Shown here: positions 1-9,977 of the stretch, piece by piece
How positions within the stretch are numbered: the first letter of the stretch is position 1
Layout of the letters: each line of letters starts with the position of its first letter
Assembly: GCA_021798575.1 (NCBI GenBank)
Contig: JAJZGI010000004.1
Location: 845-64,844 of the forward strand
Origin: Pseudomonadota bacterium
Lineage (GTDB): Bacteria > Pseudomonadota > Alphaproteobacteria > Acetobacterales > Acetobacteraceae
Direction: 5' to 3'
Length of the DNA: 64,000 nt
Position numbers and translations under genes: made by a program
Notes under the pieces: generated by a model
The model's input: only the letters and a program-made list of their open reading frames with translations
Databases searched by the model: none
Told to the model about the DNA's origin: nothing

Positions 1-530
1 TGCGCGGCTCGATCGGCCACCTGAACCGCGAGGGGCGCGAGCGGCTCTCCGCCGTGTTCAACGAGGTGGACCGGCATTTCCAGACATTGTTCGCCCGCAT
101 GTTCGGCGGTGGCAAGGCGCATCTGGCGCTGGTCGGCTCGGATGACCCGCTGGAGGCCGGGCTGGAGATATATGCCCAGCCGCCGGGGAAGAAACTCAGC
201 ACGCTCTCGCTGCTCTCGGGCGGGGAGCAGGCGCTCACCGCGCTCTCGCTCATCTTTGCCGTGTTCCGCTGCAACCCGGCGCCGATCTCGGTGCTGGACG
301 AGGTGGATGCGCCGCTGGATGATGCGAATGTGGAGCGTTTCTGCACGCTGCTGGAGGATATGGTGCGCGAGACCGGCACGAGGTTTCTGGTGGTCACCCA
401 CCATCATCTCACCATGGCGCGGATGGACCGGCTGTATGGCGTAACGATGCAGGAGCGCGGGGTCTCGCGCCTGCTCTCGGTGGATTTGGCGCGCGCGGTG
501 GATATGGTGGAGGCGATAGCCGCGGAGTAA
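1..530 (+). CDS. smc: SMC chromosome segregation ATPase, C-terminal part (5' end outside window)
   Basis: The frame is open from the window edge. It carries the ABC signature [13 protein letters not shown] and Walker [20 protein letters not shown] of the SMC C-terminal head. Confidence 0.85.
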   Translation, partial: RGSIGHLNREGRERLSAVFNEVDRHFQTLFARMFGGGKAHLALVGSDDPLEAGLEIYAQPPGKKLSTLSLLSGGEQALTALSLIFAVFRCNPAPISVLDEVDAPLDDANVERFCTLLEDMVRETGTRFLVVTHHHLTMARMDRLYGVTMQERGVSRLLSVDLARAVDMVEAIAAE

Positions 531-533
531 AAT

Positions 534-1322
534 TTATGCCGGAGCGGCATCGGCGGAGCCCATGAACAAAGCAAAAATTCCGGCCTGGGTGGAGACGCCG
601 AGTTTCTCGTAGAGATTGCGCCGATGCACCTTGACGGTTTCAGGCGAGATTTTCATCCGCAGCGCGATGGTTTTGGTGGAATGACCCGCGAGCAACAGCA
701 ATGCGGTCTGCACCTCGCGGTCTGTGAGATGTGGCGCGCCGCTGTGGCGCAGGCGGTCTTCCAGATTGGCCGATGTGCTGGGCGGGCGATTCCAGCCCTT
801 ATTCTGGCGCTGCACGGCGGCGCGGAGCATCGGCAAAATCCATGGCGTGTAGAGGCACAACGTGCCGAGCTCGCCGAGGCCAAACGGACGTTTGCTGCCC
901 AGCGAGAGGGAGAGCACGCCATGCTGCGGCAGCGGCAGCAGAAACTGCACCTCGTCCGCCACCACATTATGCGCGAAGTAGAGCCGGTAATAATCGGTCT
1001 CGCGGAAGTATTCCGGTGCCACCTCCGCCAGCCGGTAGAGCCCCGGGGTGAAGCCGCCGTTTGAGAAAATATAGAACGGGTCCAGCATATAGAGGGACTG
1101 GACATAGTCGTTGAAGAGCGTGTCCTCGATCAGGTCACTATCGCCCTCATAGATCACGTAGGGTGGCTGATCAGGGTGGTAGATCATCACGACCCAGGAA
1201 TCGAACGCGACGCTCTCGCGCAAAAATGCTGCCAGCGTTGTCCAGAAATTCTCCGCGTCCAACTGGTCGAGCATATGCCCGAGGCGCTGATGAAAGCCGA
1301 TATCGGCGACGGAAACGACCAT
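534..1322 (-). CDS. LuxR/FixJ-type HTH transcriptional regulator with an unrecognised N-terminal domain
   Basis: C-terminal HTH: LTDREVQTALLLLAGHSTKTIALRMKISPETVKVHRRNLYEKLGV. Start placed at MVVSVADIG; the ORF opens at 1388. Confidence 0.75.
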   Translation of the reverse strand: MVVSVADIGFHQRLGHMLDQLDAENFWTTLAAFLRESVAFDSWVVMIYHPDQPPYVIYEGDSDLIEDTLFNDYVQSLYMLDPFYIFSNGGFTPGLYRLAEVAPEYFRETDYYRLYFAHNVVADEVQFLLPLPQHGVLSLSLGSKRPFGLGELGTLCLYTPWILPMLRAAVQRQNKGWNRPPSTSANLEDRLRHSGAPHLTDREVQTALLLLAGHSTKTIALRMKISPETVKVHRRNLYEKLGVSTQAGIFALFMGSADAAPA

Positions 1323-1435
1323 GAATATACCCCATAATGGTAATATATTTCGATGTTTTATACATCCAACGTGGAATAGAAGTAACATGAACGATGCCGC
1401 AAGGTAACTGCTCCTATAGACAGCGGGGGCGGGAC

Positions 1436-2503
1436 ATGAATCGACGGGCGCGTGATCTTGGCTTGCCCATGCCTGGCGTTACCGGAGCGTTCAATGCCAT
1501 CACCGATGTGCCCGGTGTGCGCGTGGGTTATACCACGCTGAACCATGATGCGGACGGGCGCGCGATCCGCACCGGTGTTACCGCGATTCTGCCCCGCACA
1601 CCCCAAGACCTGCTGCACCCGACCTGGGCCGGGACGTTCTCGATGAACGGCAACGGGGAGTTGACCGGCTGCCACTGGATCCGCGAGGCGGGCTGGTTCA
1701 CCGGGCCGATCACGCTCACCAACACCTGCTCACTCGGCATGGCGCACCATGCGACCGCGCGTTGGCTGGCGCGCCAGTTTCCCGAAAAAATCGGCGAGAC
1801 GGACTGGCCGCTGCCGGTTGTGGGGGAAACTTTTGATGGCTGGCTCAATGATATCGCCGGGTTTCATGTGACAGAATCACACGTTCTGGCGGCGATCGAT
1901 GGCGCATGTGGTGGCGCCATTCTGGAGGGCAGTGTCGGCGGTGGGACGGGCATGATCGCCTATGAGTTCAAGGCTGGCACGGGCACGGCATCGCGCCTCG
2001 TGCAGGTACGAGCCGGGAATTACACGCTGGGTGTGCTGGTGCAGGCCAACCACGGGCTGCGGCCCTGGCTGAAGGTTTGTGGCGTGCCGGTGGGGGAGAT
2101 GTTGCCCGAGGCGCCGCTATGGCCTGGCGAGCGCGGCTCGATCATCGCCGTGATGGCGACGGACGCGCCCTTGATGCCCTTGCAGTTGCAGCGCATCGCC
2201 CGGCGCATCGCGTTGGGGCTGGGCCGTGGTGGCACGCCATCGGGCAATAATTCCGGTGATATCTTCATGGCTTTTTCAACCGCCAACGACCCGGGCGAAG
2301 TGCCAGAGCCAGCGATGTTGAATTTTCAGGTGATCGGCAATGACGATATGGACGCGCTCTTCATGGCCACGGTGGAGAGTGTGGATGAGGCTATTTTGAA
2401 TGCGCTGCTCGCGGCGGAGACCATGACCGGAAAGCACGGAAGGGTGGTTCCGGCGATTAACGGCGCCAGACTGGCTGAGATGGTGCTGGATAGAAACAAA
2501 TAG
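1436..2503 (+). CDS. DmpA / peptidase S58 (P1) family aminopeptidase
   Basis: N-terminal GAFNAITDVPGVRVGYTT and the overall length match DmpA/BapA-type aminopeptidases by eye. Start placed at MNRRARDLG; the ORF opens at 1394. Confidence 0.75.
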   Translation: MNRRARDLGLPMPGVTGAFNAITDVPGVRVGYTTLNHDADGRAIRTGVTAILPRTPQDLLHPTWAGTFSMNGNGELTGCHWIREAGWFTGPITLTNTCSLGMAHHATARWLARQFPEKIGETDWPLPVVGETFDGWLNDIAGFHVTESHVLAAIDGACGGAILEGSVGGGTGMIAYEFKAGTGTASRLVQVRAGNYTLGVLVQANHGLRPWLKVCGVPVGEMLPEAPLWPGERGSIIAVMATDAPLMPLQLQRIARRIALGLGRGGTPSGNNSGDIFMAFSTANDPGEVPEPAMLNFQVIGNDDMDALFMATVESVDEAILNALLAAETMTGKHGRVVPAINGARLAEMVLDRNK

Positions 2504-2542
2504 ACTTTTCGCATCAAAAATATCAAACAAAAGGATTGCACC

Positions 2543-3967
2543 ATGTCTCTTTCTGAATCTTCCCCAGCGGAAATTACGCAGATCGCGGAGCCGCAGGCGC
2601 ATCCGCACGAACTCAAGCGCAGCATGAAGATGGTTGGAAATCTGATGCTGACGTTATCGGCCATCACGCCCGCATCGTCGGTTTTCATTATCATTCCGGG
2701 CATCATCGGCACCAGCGGGTCGGGCGCGTTTCTGAGTATGCTGGTCGGCGCGGTTGTCGGCGTGTTCATGGCTTTTGTCTATGCCGAGCTGGCCTCGGCG
2801 TTTCCGTTCACCGGCGGTGAATATGGAATTGTCGGCCGGGTTGTCGGGCCGTTTGCGGGCTTCATCGTCATGGGCGTGAACCTAGTCGGGCTGATCCTGA
2901 TCCCGGCTGTCATGGCTTTGGGAATTTCCATCTATCTCACGGCGCTGGATCCGCATCTTCCGGTCATCGGCACCGCGATCGTCACGATTTTTCTGGCAAC
3001 GCTGGTCAGTATTCTGAATGTCCGGGCGAATGCGGTCGTGACCGGCTGCTTCCTGGTGATCGAGATGCTGGCGCTCCTGGTTTTAACGCTGCTGGGATTT
3101 TTGCATGTCAGCCGGCCGATCACCACGTTGATATTTCATCCGGTGATTCTGAACGCCGCCGGAACGTCACTCATCAGCGCGCCATTCGCGATGATCGGGA
3201 TGGCGACATCGGTGGCGATTTTTGCCTATAATGGCTACGGTACGGCGATTTATTTCGGCGAGGAGACGCATGACGCGCCGAAGCACGTGGCGCGCGCGGT
3301 GCTATGTGCTCTGGCTGTCACCGTGATCAGCGAGCTGGTGCCCGTGACGGCGGTGCTGATGGGCGCGCCACATATGAAGAGCTTTCTGGGCTCCAGCAAT
3401 ATGCTGGGAGATTTTATCACGGCACGCGGCGGCAGCACGCTCAACACCATCGTCAGCCTCGGTATCGCGCTGGCGATCTTCAACGCCATCATCGCCATGC
3501 AGTTGCAGGCCGGGCGCAATATCTTCAGCACAGGGCGGGACAAGGTCTGGCCCGCCGCGATCAACGAGGCTTTTACCAGAACGCATAAGACCTTCCATTC
3601 GCCCTGGGTGGCCACGCTCACCTGCGGGGTGCTGGCCGCACTCGCCTGCCTGGTGAATGAGAATGTGCTGTTCGTCGTCACGGGTACCGGGATCATTCTG
3701 GTCTATTCGATGCTGTGCATCGCAGCACTGATCGGCCGGATGAAGCGCTCGACCGCGCACGGGCACTACCGGATGCCGTTTTTCCCGCTGGCACCCATCG
3801 CGGCACTGCTGGTCATGGTCTATGTGGTGTACACCAACTGGCTCGACCCGGTCATCGGCCGGCCCAGCCTGTTCACCACGCTGGGAATCGCCACCGTGTC
3901 GGCGCTCTATTATCTGGTGGTGGTCCGCCGGCGGGGTGCGTGGGTGCTGCGCGGACCGAGCGCTTGA
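2543..3967 (+). CDS. APC-superfamily amino acid permease
   Basis: 474 aa, polytopic and hydrophobic, with an FPFTGGEYG motif as in APC transporters. It begins 39 nt after the aminopeptidase gene. Confidence 0.8.
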   Translation: MSLSESSPAEITQIAEPQAHPHELKRSMKMVGNLMLTLSAITPASSVFIIIPGIIGTSGSGAFLSMLVGAVVGVFMAFVYAELASAFPFTGGEYGIVGRVVGPFAGFIVMGVNLVGLILIPAVMALGISIYLTALDPHLPVIGTAIVTIFLATLVSILNVRANAVVTGCFLVIEMLALLVLTLLGFLHVSRPITTLIFHPVILNAAGTSLISAPFAMIGMATSVAIFAYNGYGTAIYFGEETHDAPKHVARAVLCALAVTVISELVPVTAVLMGAPHMKSFLGSSNMLGDFITARGGSTLNTIVSLGIALAIFNAIIAMQLQAGRNIFSTGRDKVWPAAINEAFTRTHKTFHSPWVATLTCGVLAALACLVNENVLFVVTGTGIILVYSMLCIAALIGRMKRSTAHGHYRMPFFPLAPIAALLVMVYVVYTNWLDPVIGRPSLFTTLGIATVSALYYLVVVRRRGAWVLRGPSA

Positions 3968-3977
3968 GGGTAAATAT

Positions 3978-4013
3978 CGCGCCGGGCAGCATCGATGGCT
4001 TTTACCCGGCGCG
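3978..4013. terminator. Candidate bidirectional hairpin between convergent permease and fumC
   Basis: CGCGCCGGG (3978-3986) and CCCGGCGCG (4005-4013) are exact reverse complements separated by an 18-nt loop. There is no clear U-tract. Confidence 0.35.
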
Positions 4014-4020
4014 ACAAATT

Positions 4021-5427
4021 TCAAACCCGCAGCGGGCCGGTCATCTCGTTCGGGACGACCCACTCGTCGAACTGCTCCCCGCTGCATAGTTTCAACTCCA
4101 GCGCCGCTGCGCGCAATGAAAGACCGTCGCGGTGCGCGAGCTGGGCCACGCGCGCCGCCGCCTCGTACCCGATATGCGGGTTCAGCGCCGTCACCAGCAT
4201 CAGGTTTTTCGCCAGGTTTTCGGCGATTTTGTCGGGTGCGGGCTCGATCCCCCGGGCGCAATGCGCATCGAACGCATCCAGCGACTGCGCCAGCAGGTGC
4301 GCGCTGTCCAGCAGGTTATGCAGCATCACCGGTTTGAACACATTGAGCTGAAAATTGCCCTGCGAGCCGGCGAAGGCCACCGCGTGGTCGTGGCCGAACA
4401 CCTGCACCGCGACCATGGTGAGTGCCTCGCACTGGGTGGGGTTGATCTTGCCGGGCATGATCGAGGAGCCAGGCTCGTTCTCGGGGATGAGAAGCTCGCC
4501 GATGCCGGTGCGTGGGCCGGAGGCGTACCAGCGCACGTCGTTGGCGATCTTCATCAGAGCACCGGCCAGCACGCGCAGGCTGCCCGAGGCGGCGACGATG
4601 GCATCATGCGCCGAGAGGGCGGCGAATTTATTCGCTGCCGTAACAAATGGCTTGCCGGTCTCCCGCGCGATGAATTCCGCCGCCATGGCGCCGAAATTCG
4701 GGTGCGCGTTCAAGCCGGTGCCAACCGCCGTGCCACCGATCGCCAGCTCGTACAGGCCGAGCAGGCTGGCGCGGATGCCAGCTACCGCGCCCTCCAGCTG
4801 GGCCACCCAGCCGGAGATGACCTGGCCCAGCGTGATCGGCGTCGCGTCCTGCAGATGCGTGCGCCCGGTCATCACCACCGGCGCGAAGGCGAGGCTCTTG
4901 CCGCGCAGCGTGGCGGCAAGGCGCGCCACCGCGGGCAGCAGAATATCCTCGATCACCTGCACGGCGGCGATATGCATCACGGTGGGGAAGGTGTCGTTGG
5001 AGGACTGGCTGTGGTTCACATCGTCATTCGGGTTGATGGGGTTTTTGCTGCCCACCACGCCACCGGCAAGCTGAATCGCCCGGTTGGCGATGACCTCGTT
5101 GGCGTTCATGTTGCTCTGGGTGCCAGAGCCGGTCTGGAACACCACGAGCGGGAATTGTGAATCCCATTGCCCGGCGATCACCTCCTCCGCCGCCCGCACA
5201 ATCAGCGCGACCTTTTGCGCGGGCAACTGCCCCAGCGCCTCATTGGCCAGGGCGCAGGATTTTTTTAAGGTTCCGAATGCGCGGATGACCTCGCAGCCCC
5301 AGATACAATTACGCCGGCCAATGGGGAAATTCTCCAGGCTGCGCTGCGTCTGCGCACCCCATAGATTTTCAGCCTCTACCTGCACCTCGCCCAGCGCGTC
5401 GTGCTCGGAGCGCGTGCGCATCACCAT
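4021..5427 (-). CDS. fumC: Class II fumarate hydratase
   Basis: [16 protein letters not shown] signature and N-terminal [13 protein letters not shown] typical of FumC. The start could also be the ATG at 5421. Confidence 0.93.
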   Translation of the reverse strand: MVMRTRSEHDALGEVQVEAENLWGAQTQRSLENFPIGRRNCIWGCEVIRAFGTLKKSCALANEALGQLPAQKVALIVRAAEEVIAGQWDSQFPLVVFQTGSGTQSNMNANEVIANRAIQLAGGVVGSKNPINPNDDVNHSQSSNDTFPTVMHIAAVQVIEDILLPAVARLAATLRGKSLAFAPVVMTGRTHLQDATPITLGQVISGWVAQLEGAVAGIRASLLGLYELAIGGTAVGTGLNAHPNFGAMAAEFIARETGKPFVTAANKFAALSAHDAIVAASGSLRVLAGALMKIANDVRWYASGPRTGIGELLIPENEPGSSIMPGKINPTQCEALTMVAVQVFGHDHAVAFAGSQGNFQLNVFKPVMLHNLLDSAHLLAQSLDAFDAHCARGIEPAPDKIAENLAKNLMLVTALNPHIGYEAAARVAQLAHRDGLSLRAAALELKLCSGEQFDEWVVPNEMTGPLRV

Positions 5428-5702
5428 TTGCCGTGCAGAAAACCCAGGGCGGGCAGCGGCTTCCAGCGCCGGGGCAGGTCCGTGCGGCGGATCGGCTTGA
5501 CCACATAGACCGGGATCGGCGCCTCGGTGCGCGTGAGGAAATCCGCATAGGCCCGGACCTGGGCCTCGCGCCAGGCGCGGTCTGCCTGCGCGGCGGGGCG
5601 GCTGGAGAAGACCTCCGCGATGCGCATGACGCGGCCAAAACTCGCCACCACCGCCCAGAGCGCGCGCTCCCCGCTTTTTGGTTGATCACCCGGCCATTCC
5701 AT
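5421..5702 (-). CDS. Hypothetical protein (93 aa), translationally coupled to fumC
   Basis: Strong GC third-position bias across the ORF. Its stop overlaps the fumC start (ATGGTGATG on the minus strand). No family recognised. Start placed at MEWPGDQ. Confidence 0.5.
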   Translation of the reverse strand: MEWPGDQPKSGERALWAVVASFGRVMRIAEVFSSRPAAQADRAWREAQVRAYADFLTRTEAPIPVYVVKPIRRTDLPRRWKPLPALGFLHGKW

Positions 5703-5772
5703 GGTTCTGGCTCCTTTTGTGTTTTGCAGTGAACATATTGTAGTCATTCGCGCCTATGAACAGGAGTAAAAA

Positions 5773-6783
5773 ATGGAGCAGAGCGTGCAGGTGTGGCGGG
5801 ACGGGCGGGCCGGACGCATCCGGCTGAACCGACCAAAGGCACTGAACGCGCTCCGCCTGGAGATGGTGGGGCTGATCCGCGCGGCGCTGGAGGATTTTGG
5901 CCGCGACCCGCAGGTGCATCTCGTGCTGATCGACGCGCCGGAGCGCGGATTCTGCGCGGGCGGGGACATACGCTCATTGCGCGCCGGTGTGCTGGCTGGG
6001 GACACCGCCGCCGTCACCGGGTTCTTCCGCGCGGAATATGCGATGAATCAGAGCGTCGCGGACCTCGGCAAGCCCTGCGTCGCGCTGATCGATGGAATAT
6101 GTATGGGGGGTGGCATCGGCCTCTCGGTGCATGGCAGCCACCGGATCGCGACGGAAAAGGCCGTATTCGCGATGCCCGAGACGGCGATCGGGCTGTTCCC
6201 CGATGTCGGAGCGAGCCACGTGCTGCCGCGCCTGCCGGGTGCGCTGGGCATGTATTTCGGCCTGACCGGCGCGCAGGTGGCGGGGGCGGATGCGGTGCAC
6301 GCCGGGTTCGCCTCGCATTTTGTCCCGGGTGAAAGGTTGGCGGCGCTGGCGGCGGCGCTCCCGCAGGAGGGTATCGCCGTGATCGCGGAATTTGCCTCAC
6401 CGCTGCCCGCGTTCTCGCTGCACGGCGCGCGGCCGATCATCGACGCCGCCTTTGGCGCGCCCAGCGTGGCAGAGATTCTGCGCCGGTTGGCGGCGGATTC
6501 CAGCGCCTTCGCCCAGGGCGCGCTGGCGCAGCTGCGCGCGCAATCGCCTAGCGCGATCCATTGGAGCTTCGAGATTCTGCGCCAGGGCGGCGGGCGTAGC
6601 CTCGCCGAATGCCTGGCGGCGGAGCTCGCCCTCGTCTCCCAGGTGGTGATGCACGCGGAGTTTCTGGAGGGTGTGCGCGCCGTGGTGATCGACAAGGATA
6701 AATCTCCAAAATGGCAGCCCGCGAGCCTGGAGGCGGTCGATCCCGCCACGATCAGCAGTTTTTTTGCGCCCGGGCCTGCCTGA
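5773..6783 (+). CDS. Enoyl-CoA hydratase/isomerase family, 3-hydroxyisobutyryl-CoA hydrolase-like
   Basis: FCAGGDIR and GICMGGGIGLSVHGSHRIATEKAVFAMPETAIGLFPDVG motifs. CAGGAG ribosome-binding site lies before the ATG. Confidence 0.85.
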   Translation: MEQSVQVWRDGRAGRIRLNRPKALNALRLEMVGLIRAALEDFGRDPQVHLVLIDAPERGFCAGGDIRSLRAGVLAGDTAAVTGFFRAEYAMNQSVADLGKPCVALIDGICMGGGIGLSVHGSHRIATEKAVFAMPETAIGLFPDVGASHVLPRLPGALGMYFGLTGAQVAGADAVHAGFASHFVPGERLAALAAALPQEGIAVIAEFASPLPAFSLHGARPIIDAAFGAPSVAEILRRLAADSSAFAQGALAQLRAQSPSAIHWSFEILRQGGGRSLAECLAAELALVSQVVMHAEFLEGVRAVVIDKDKSPKWQPASLEAVDPATISSFFAPGPA

Positions 6784-7501
6784 GCAGCCCGGCCAACACG
6801 CCCGGGCAATCCAGCAGGTAGCGCCCGGCCAGGCGCTGTGGATCCCGCGCCAGGCGGAACAGAAACTCCAGCCCGCGTGCGCGCATCCAGGCCGGTGCGC
6901 GGGGCGCGGTGCCTGCGCAGAATGCGAGGGCCGTGCCGATGCAAAGCCCGACGCCCGTGCTGCCACGCTGGCGCGCGATGGCGTGGGCCAGCAGCTCCTG
7001 CACCGGCGAGCCGAGCGCGATGAAGATGAACGCCGCCTCGCTGGCGCAGGCAAAATCCCGCGCCGCATAGAACGCCGGGTGGTCGTGCAGCAGGCGCATG
7101 GGCGGGTTGTGGTGCAGAAACGCCACCGCCGGGTAGCGCGCCGCTAGCGCCTGCACATTCGCCGGCGCCATGCCGATGACCGCGACGCGCCAGCCCCACA
7201 ACCTGGGCAGCAGGGCGGCGGTGAGATCCGCGCCGGTGACCACCGGCGGCGGCGCGATGCCCAGGCGGCGCGCGCAGAGGCCGATGAATTTTGAATCCAG
7301 CAGGCAGAACATGGCGCACTGATACAGGGGCCGCAGCGCCGGGATCCGCCCCAGCCGGGCGATATGGTCCGCGTTGGGCGTGACGACATAGGCAAAGGGT
7401 GCGCGCTTCGGGCGGGCGAGCAATCGGCGCAGGGTCTCCTCCAGGCTGAGGTCATCGAAATCCACGCCGAGCAGTGCGCGCCGCGGGCTCACGGGCTCCA
7501 T
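6752..7501 (-). CDS. WecB/TagA/CpsF family glycosyltransferase
   Basis: VVTPNADHI and IALGSPVQE motifs typical of the family. Its start overlaps the upstream outer-membrane gene by 13 nt. Confidence 0.8.
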   Translation of the reverse strand: MEPVSPRRALLGVDFDDLSLEETLRRLLARPKRAPFAYVVTPNADHIARLGRIPALRPLYQCAMFCLLDSKFIGLCARRLGIAPPPVVTGADLTAALLPRLWGWRVAVIGMAPANVQALAARYPAVAFLHHNPPMRLLHDHPAFYAARDFACASEAAFIFIALGSPVQELLAHAIARQRGSTGVGLCIGTALAFCAGTAPRAPAWMRARGLEFLFRLARDPQRLAGRYLLDCPGVLAGLLRQARAQKNC

Positions 7502-8685
7502 GTCAGCCCCAGCGTGAAGACATGCTCATTGGCCGCGCGCAAATAGTTCGCCTGCCGGTCCCGGAAGATATACTCCGCACTCACCGCTAGGTTCCTGTTC
7601 AGCGGCCAGGCAAGATTGGCGTCGCTCGTCACCAATGTCTCGCACAGCGGACTTTGGTCATAGTGCGCGTGGGAGACATCGGCGGTGAATTTGAGCGTGA
7701 TCCGAGCGGGAAAAGAATGCCGGGCCGAGAATTCCGCCTCGGTCAGGGTATAGCCCACGGTGCTCAACTGGTTGGGGTCGGTAACCTCGCGGGCCAGGGT
7801 GAGGTGCAACTCATCGAGTTCGGTTGGCATCCAGTCCAGCCTGGCCTGCGCCACCGGCGCGCTCGTGCCGCCCAGGCTCGCCTGACGCTGGGCGATGCCC
7901 GCGAGCAGGCTGACACGCCACAACCCGTTTGCGGTATCCACCAGCCCGGCCAGGACTTCGTTGGTCTGCGTGTTCAACTGCGCCTGCTGATCCCGCGTCT
8001 GGCCGGCCTGCAATCGCAGCAGCAACTGTATCGGCCCGCCGGGCAGGTAGGCGGTGGTGAGCTGCTCGTTGCGTATGTTCTGGTCCTGCCGCCCAGCACC
8101 TGGAAAGTGATAGAAGGTGGCGGAGATTTTGGGTGTGAGGCTGAACATCCCGGCGGTGAGGACGTCACTGGCGCGAACATCCCGCAGGTTGAACCACAGC
8201 GGGCGGGTGATCGCGACCGTATCGAGCGCGAAGCCGGTCTCCTGCGTGGCCAGATACCCCGCCGAGAGCGTGATCCGCTCATCGGGCAGCATCGCGCGCT
8301 CACCCGCCGCCAGGGTGATGCCGGAGGTGTTCTGCGCGCTGTCCTGCGGGAATTGATCCAGGTTGGCGGCGGCGAAGGCACCGAACCCCAAAATATCATC
8401 GCGTACCAGCAGGCTCGGCACCGCGCTGGTGACGCTGGAGGGTGCGGCGCCGTTGGGCGCGGAATCATAGCCCTTGGACAGCATGAACGCTGGGGTGGCC
8501 GAGACGCCACCCAGTTGCAGGCCAGTGGGCTGCGGGCGAGCCAGTGCATGGTTTGGCTGCATGCCGAAGGGCTGGCTGTAGCCGGGTATGTCATCCGGCA
8601 GCACCGAGCCGAGCAGCTGCGCGCCCGCCGATGCCGGTATGAGCGCCAGAAACGAGCCGAGCCCGATGCAGGTTTTTTTACACAC
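7489..8685 (-). CDS. Putative outer-membrane beta-barrel protein of a polysaccharide locus
   Basis: Signal peptide MCKKTCIGLGSFLALIPASAGAQ. Alternating beta-strand-like composition rich in Gly/Thr/Ser/aromatics. Coupled to the wecB/tagA-like gene. Confidence 0.6.
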   Translation of the reverse strand: MCKKTCIGLGSFLALIPASAGAQLLGSVLPDDIPGYSQPFGMQPNHALARPQPTGLQLGGVSATPAFMLSKGYDSAPNGAAPSSVTSAVPSLLVRDDILGFGAFAAANLDQFPQDSAQNTSGITLAAGERAMLPDERITLSAGYLATQETGFALDTVAITRPLWFNLRDVRASDVLTAGMFSLTPKISATFYHFPGAGRQDQNIRNEQLTTAYLPGGPIQLLLRLQAGQTRDQQAQLNTQTNEVLAGLVDTANGLWRVSLLAGIAQRQASLGGTSAPVAQARLDWMPTELDELHLTLAREVTDPNQLSTVGYTLTEAEFSARHSFPARITLKFTADVSHAHYDQSPLCETLVTSDANLAWPLNRNLAVSAEYIFRDRQANYLRAANEHVFTLGLTWSP

Positions 8686-8759
8686 GCTACGCGTGTACCA
8701 TGTTGCGTTTGCAACCCAAACGGTTATTTAATCTTTTTTAACAATTTCGACGGATTCCG

Positions 8760-9758
8760 GTGCCGCGCAGGACAGATATCGACCTCACCAGGGGCTTTGC
8801 GATCCTGCTCGTCGTGTTCGGGCATCTGGTGGCGCGCGCCGACCCGGCGCACGTACATTGGTACGAGCCGCTGCGCCGGGCGGTCTATGCCTTCCATATG
8901 CCGTTGTTTTTATACCTGAGCGGGTGGGTGGCGCTGCGCTCCGGCACGGTGCTGGCGCCACCTGGCACCTGGGTGCTTGTGGCTGGAGCGCGGGCGCGCC
9001 GCCTGCTGCTGCCGTTTCTGGCCATGGGCGGGTTGATCGTTCTGGGCAAGCTGCTCCTGCGCCATGTCATGATGGTGGACAATCCGCCAGTCGGCTTGCG
9101 GGCCGGGCTGGCTGATCTCGTCTGGAACACGGCGCATAGCCCGGCGCTCTCCATCTGGTATCTGTTCGTGCTGTTCGTGGTGAGCCTGGCCAGCATGGTC
9201 TGGCTGAACCAGCGGCTCGGCCGCCTGCCCTGGCTGCTGGGCGCGATGCTGGTGCTCTATGCGCTGCCACTGCCCGCCTATGCCTATGCCGACCGCATCG
9301 GCGCCTATGCGGTATTCTTCGGGCTCGGGCTGGCGGCGGGCGCGCTGGGTGAGCGCTGGGACGCGTTCATGGACCGCTATTGGCCGTCCCTGTTGGCAGC
9401 ACTGGCCTGCTGCCTCGTCTGGGTCGCGCTGTTTGGCGCTGAATGGCCGCAAAAATACGTTTTACTGCCCGTGGGCGCACTCTCCATGCCCGCGATTCAT
9501 GGTTGGTTAAGGTATTACGCGGCCTCCTGGCCCCGGATGATTCTCCTCTGGCTCGGGCGGTACAGTTTCATGATCTATTTGTTCAACACATTGTTTATTG
9601 GATTCAGCAAGGGAATTCTGGTGTATTTCTGGTCCTGGAACGGGACGAACTTTCTGCCCTTTGCCTGCGCGCTGCTGGCCTCCGGCGTGCTCGGGCCGGT
9701 CTGGCTGAAGCGTGCCGTATTCCGCCGTGTGCCGGTGGTGGACCGCCTGACCGACTGA
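8760..9758 (+). CDS. Acyltransferase family 3 (membrane O-acyltransferase)
   Basis: N-terminal DLTRGFAILLVVFGH motif and about 10 hydrophobic segments. GTG start. Confidence 0.8.
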   Translation: MPRRTDIDLTRGFAILLVVFGHLVARADPAHVHWYEPLRRAVYAFHMPLFLYLSGWVALRSGTVLAPPGTWVLVAGARARRLLLPFLAMGGLIVLGKLLLRHVMMVDNPPVGLRAGLADLVWNTAHSPALSIWYLFVLFVVSLASMVWLNQRLGRLPWLLGAMLVLYALPLPAYAYADRIGAYAVFFGLGLAAGALGERWDAFMDRYWPSLLAALACCLVWVALFGAEWPQKYVLLPVGALSMPAIHGWLRYYAASWPRMILLWLGRYSFMIYLFNTLFIGFSKGILVYFWSWNGTNFLPFACALLASGVLGPVWLKRAVFRRVPVVDRLTD

Positions 9759-9764
9759 GCCGCC

Positions 9765-9977
9765 ATGTCCGGCAGTCTGGACATGCAACGGTTTTTGCAG
9801 CGCATGCCGCCGGGGCTGGCTGCGCAGTTCTCGGCGGAGCAGCTGGCGGCGGTGGAATTGCATTTCGCGATGCGGCACAGAACCCGGCATATGCTGGATT
9901 GGCGGCGGCGAGTCAGGCTGCCGTTTTTGCGGCTCTATGTCGTGCTGCTGGCCGGGCGGGACCGCGTGGGGGATTAG
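9765..9977 (+). CDS. Small hypothetical protein (70 aa)
   Basis: Mostly G/C third positions. Starts 7 nt after the acyltransferase stop and ends directly against the convergent kinase stop. No family recognised. Confidence 0.4.
   Translation: MSGSLDMQRFLQRMPPGLAAQFSAEQLAAVELHFAMRHRTRHMLDWRRRVRLPFLRLYVVLLAGRDRVGD

Noticed and set aside
6048-7319. 423-aa minus-strand ORF spanning the hydrolase and wecB-like genes
   Set aside because: It is antisense or out of frame to two recognisable genes, and its Pro/Arg/Ala/Gly-rich composition has no motifs.
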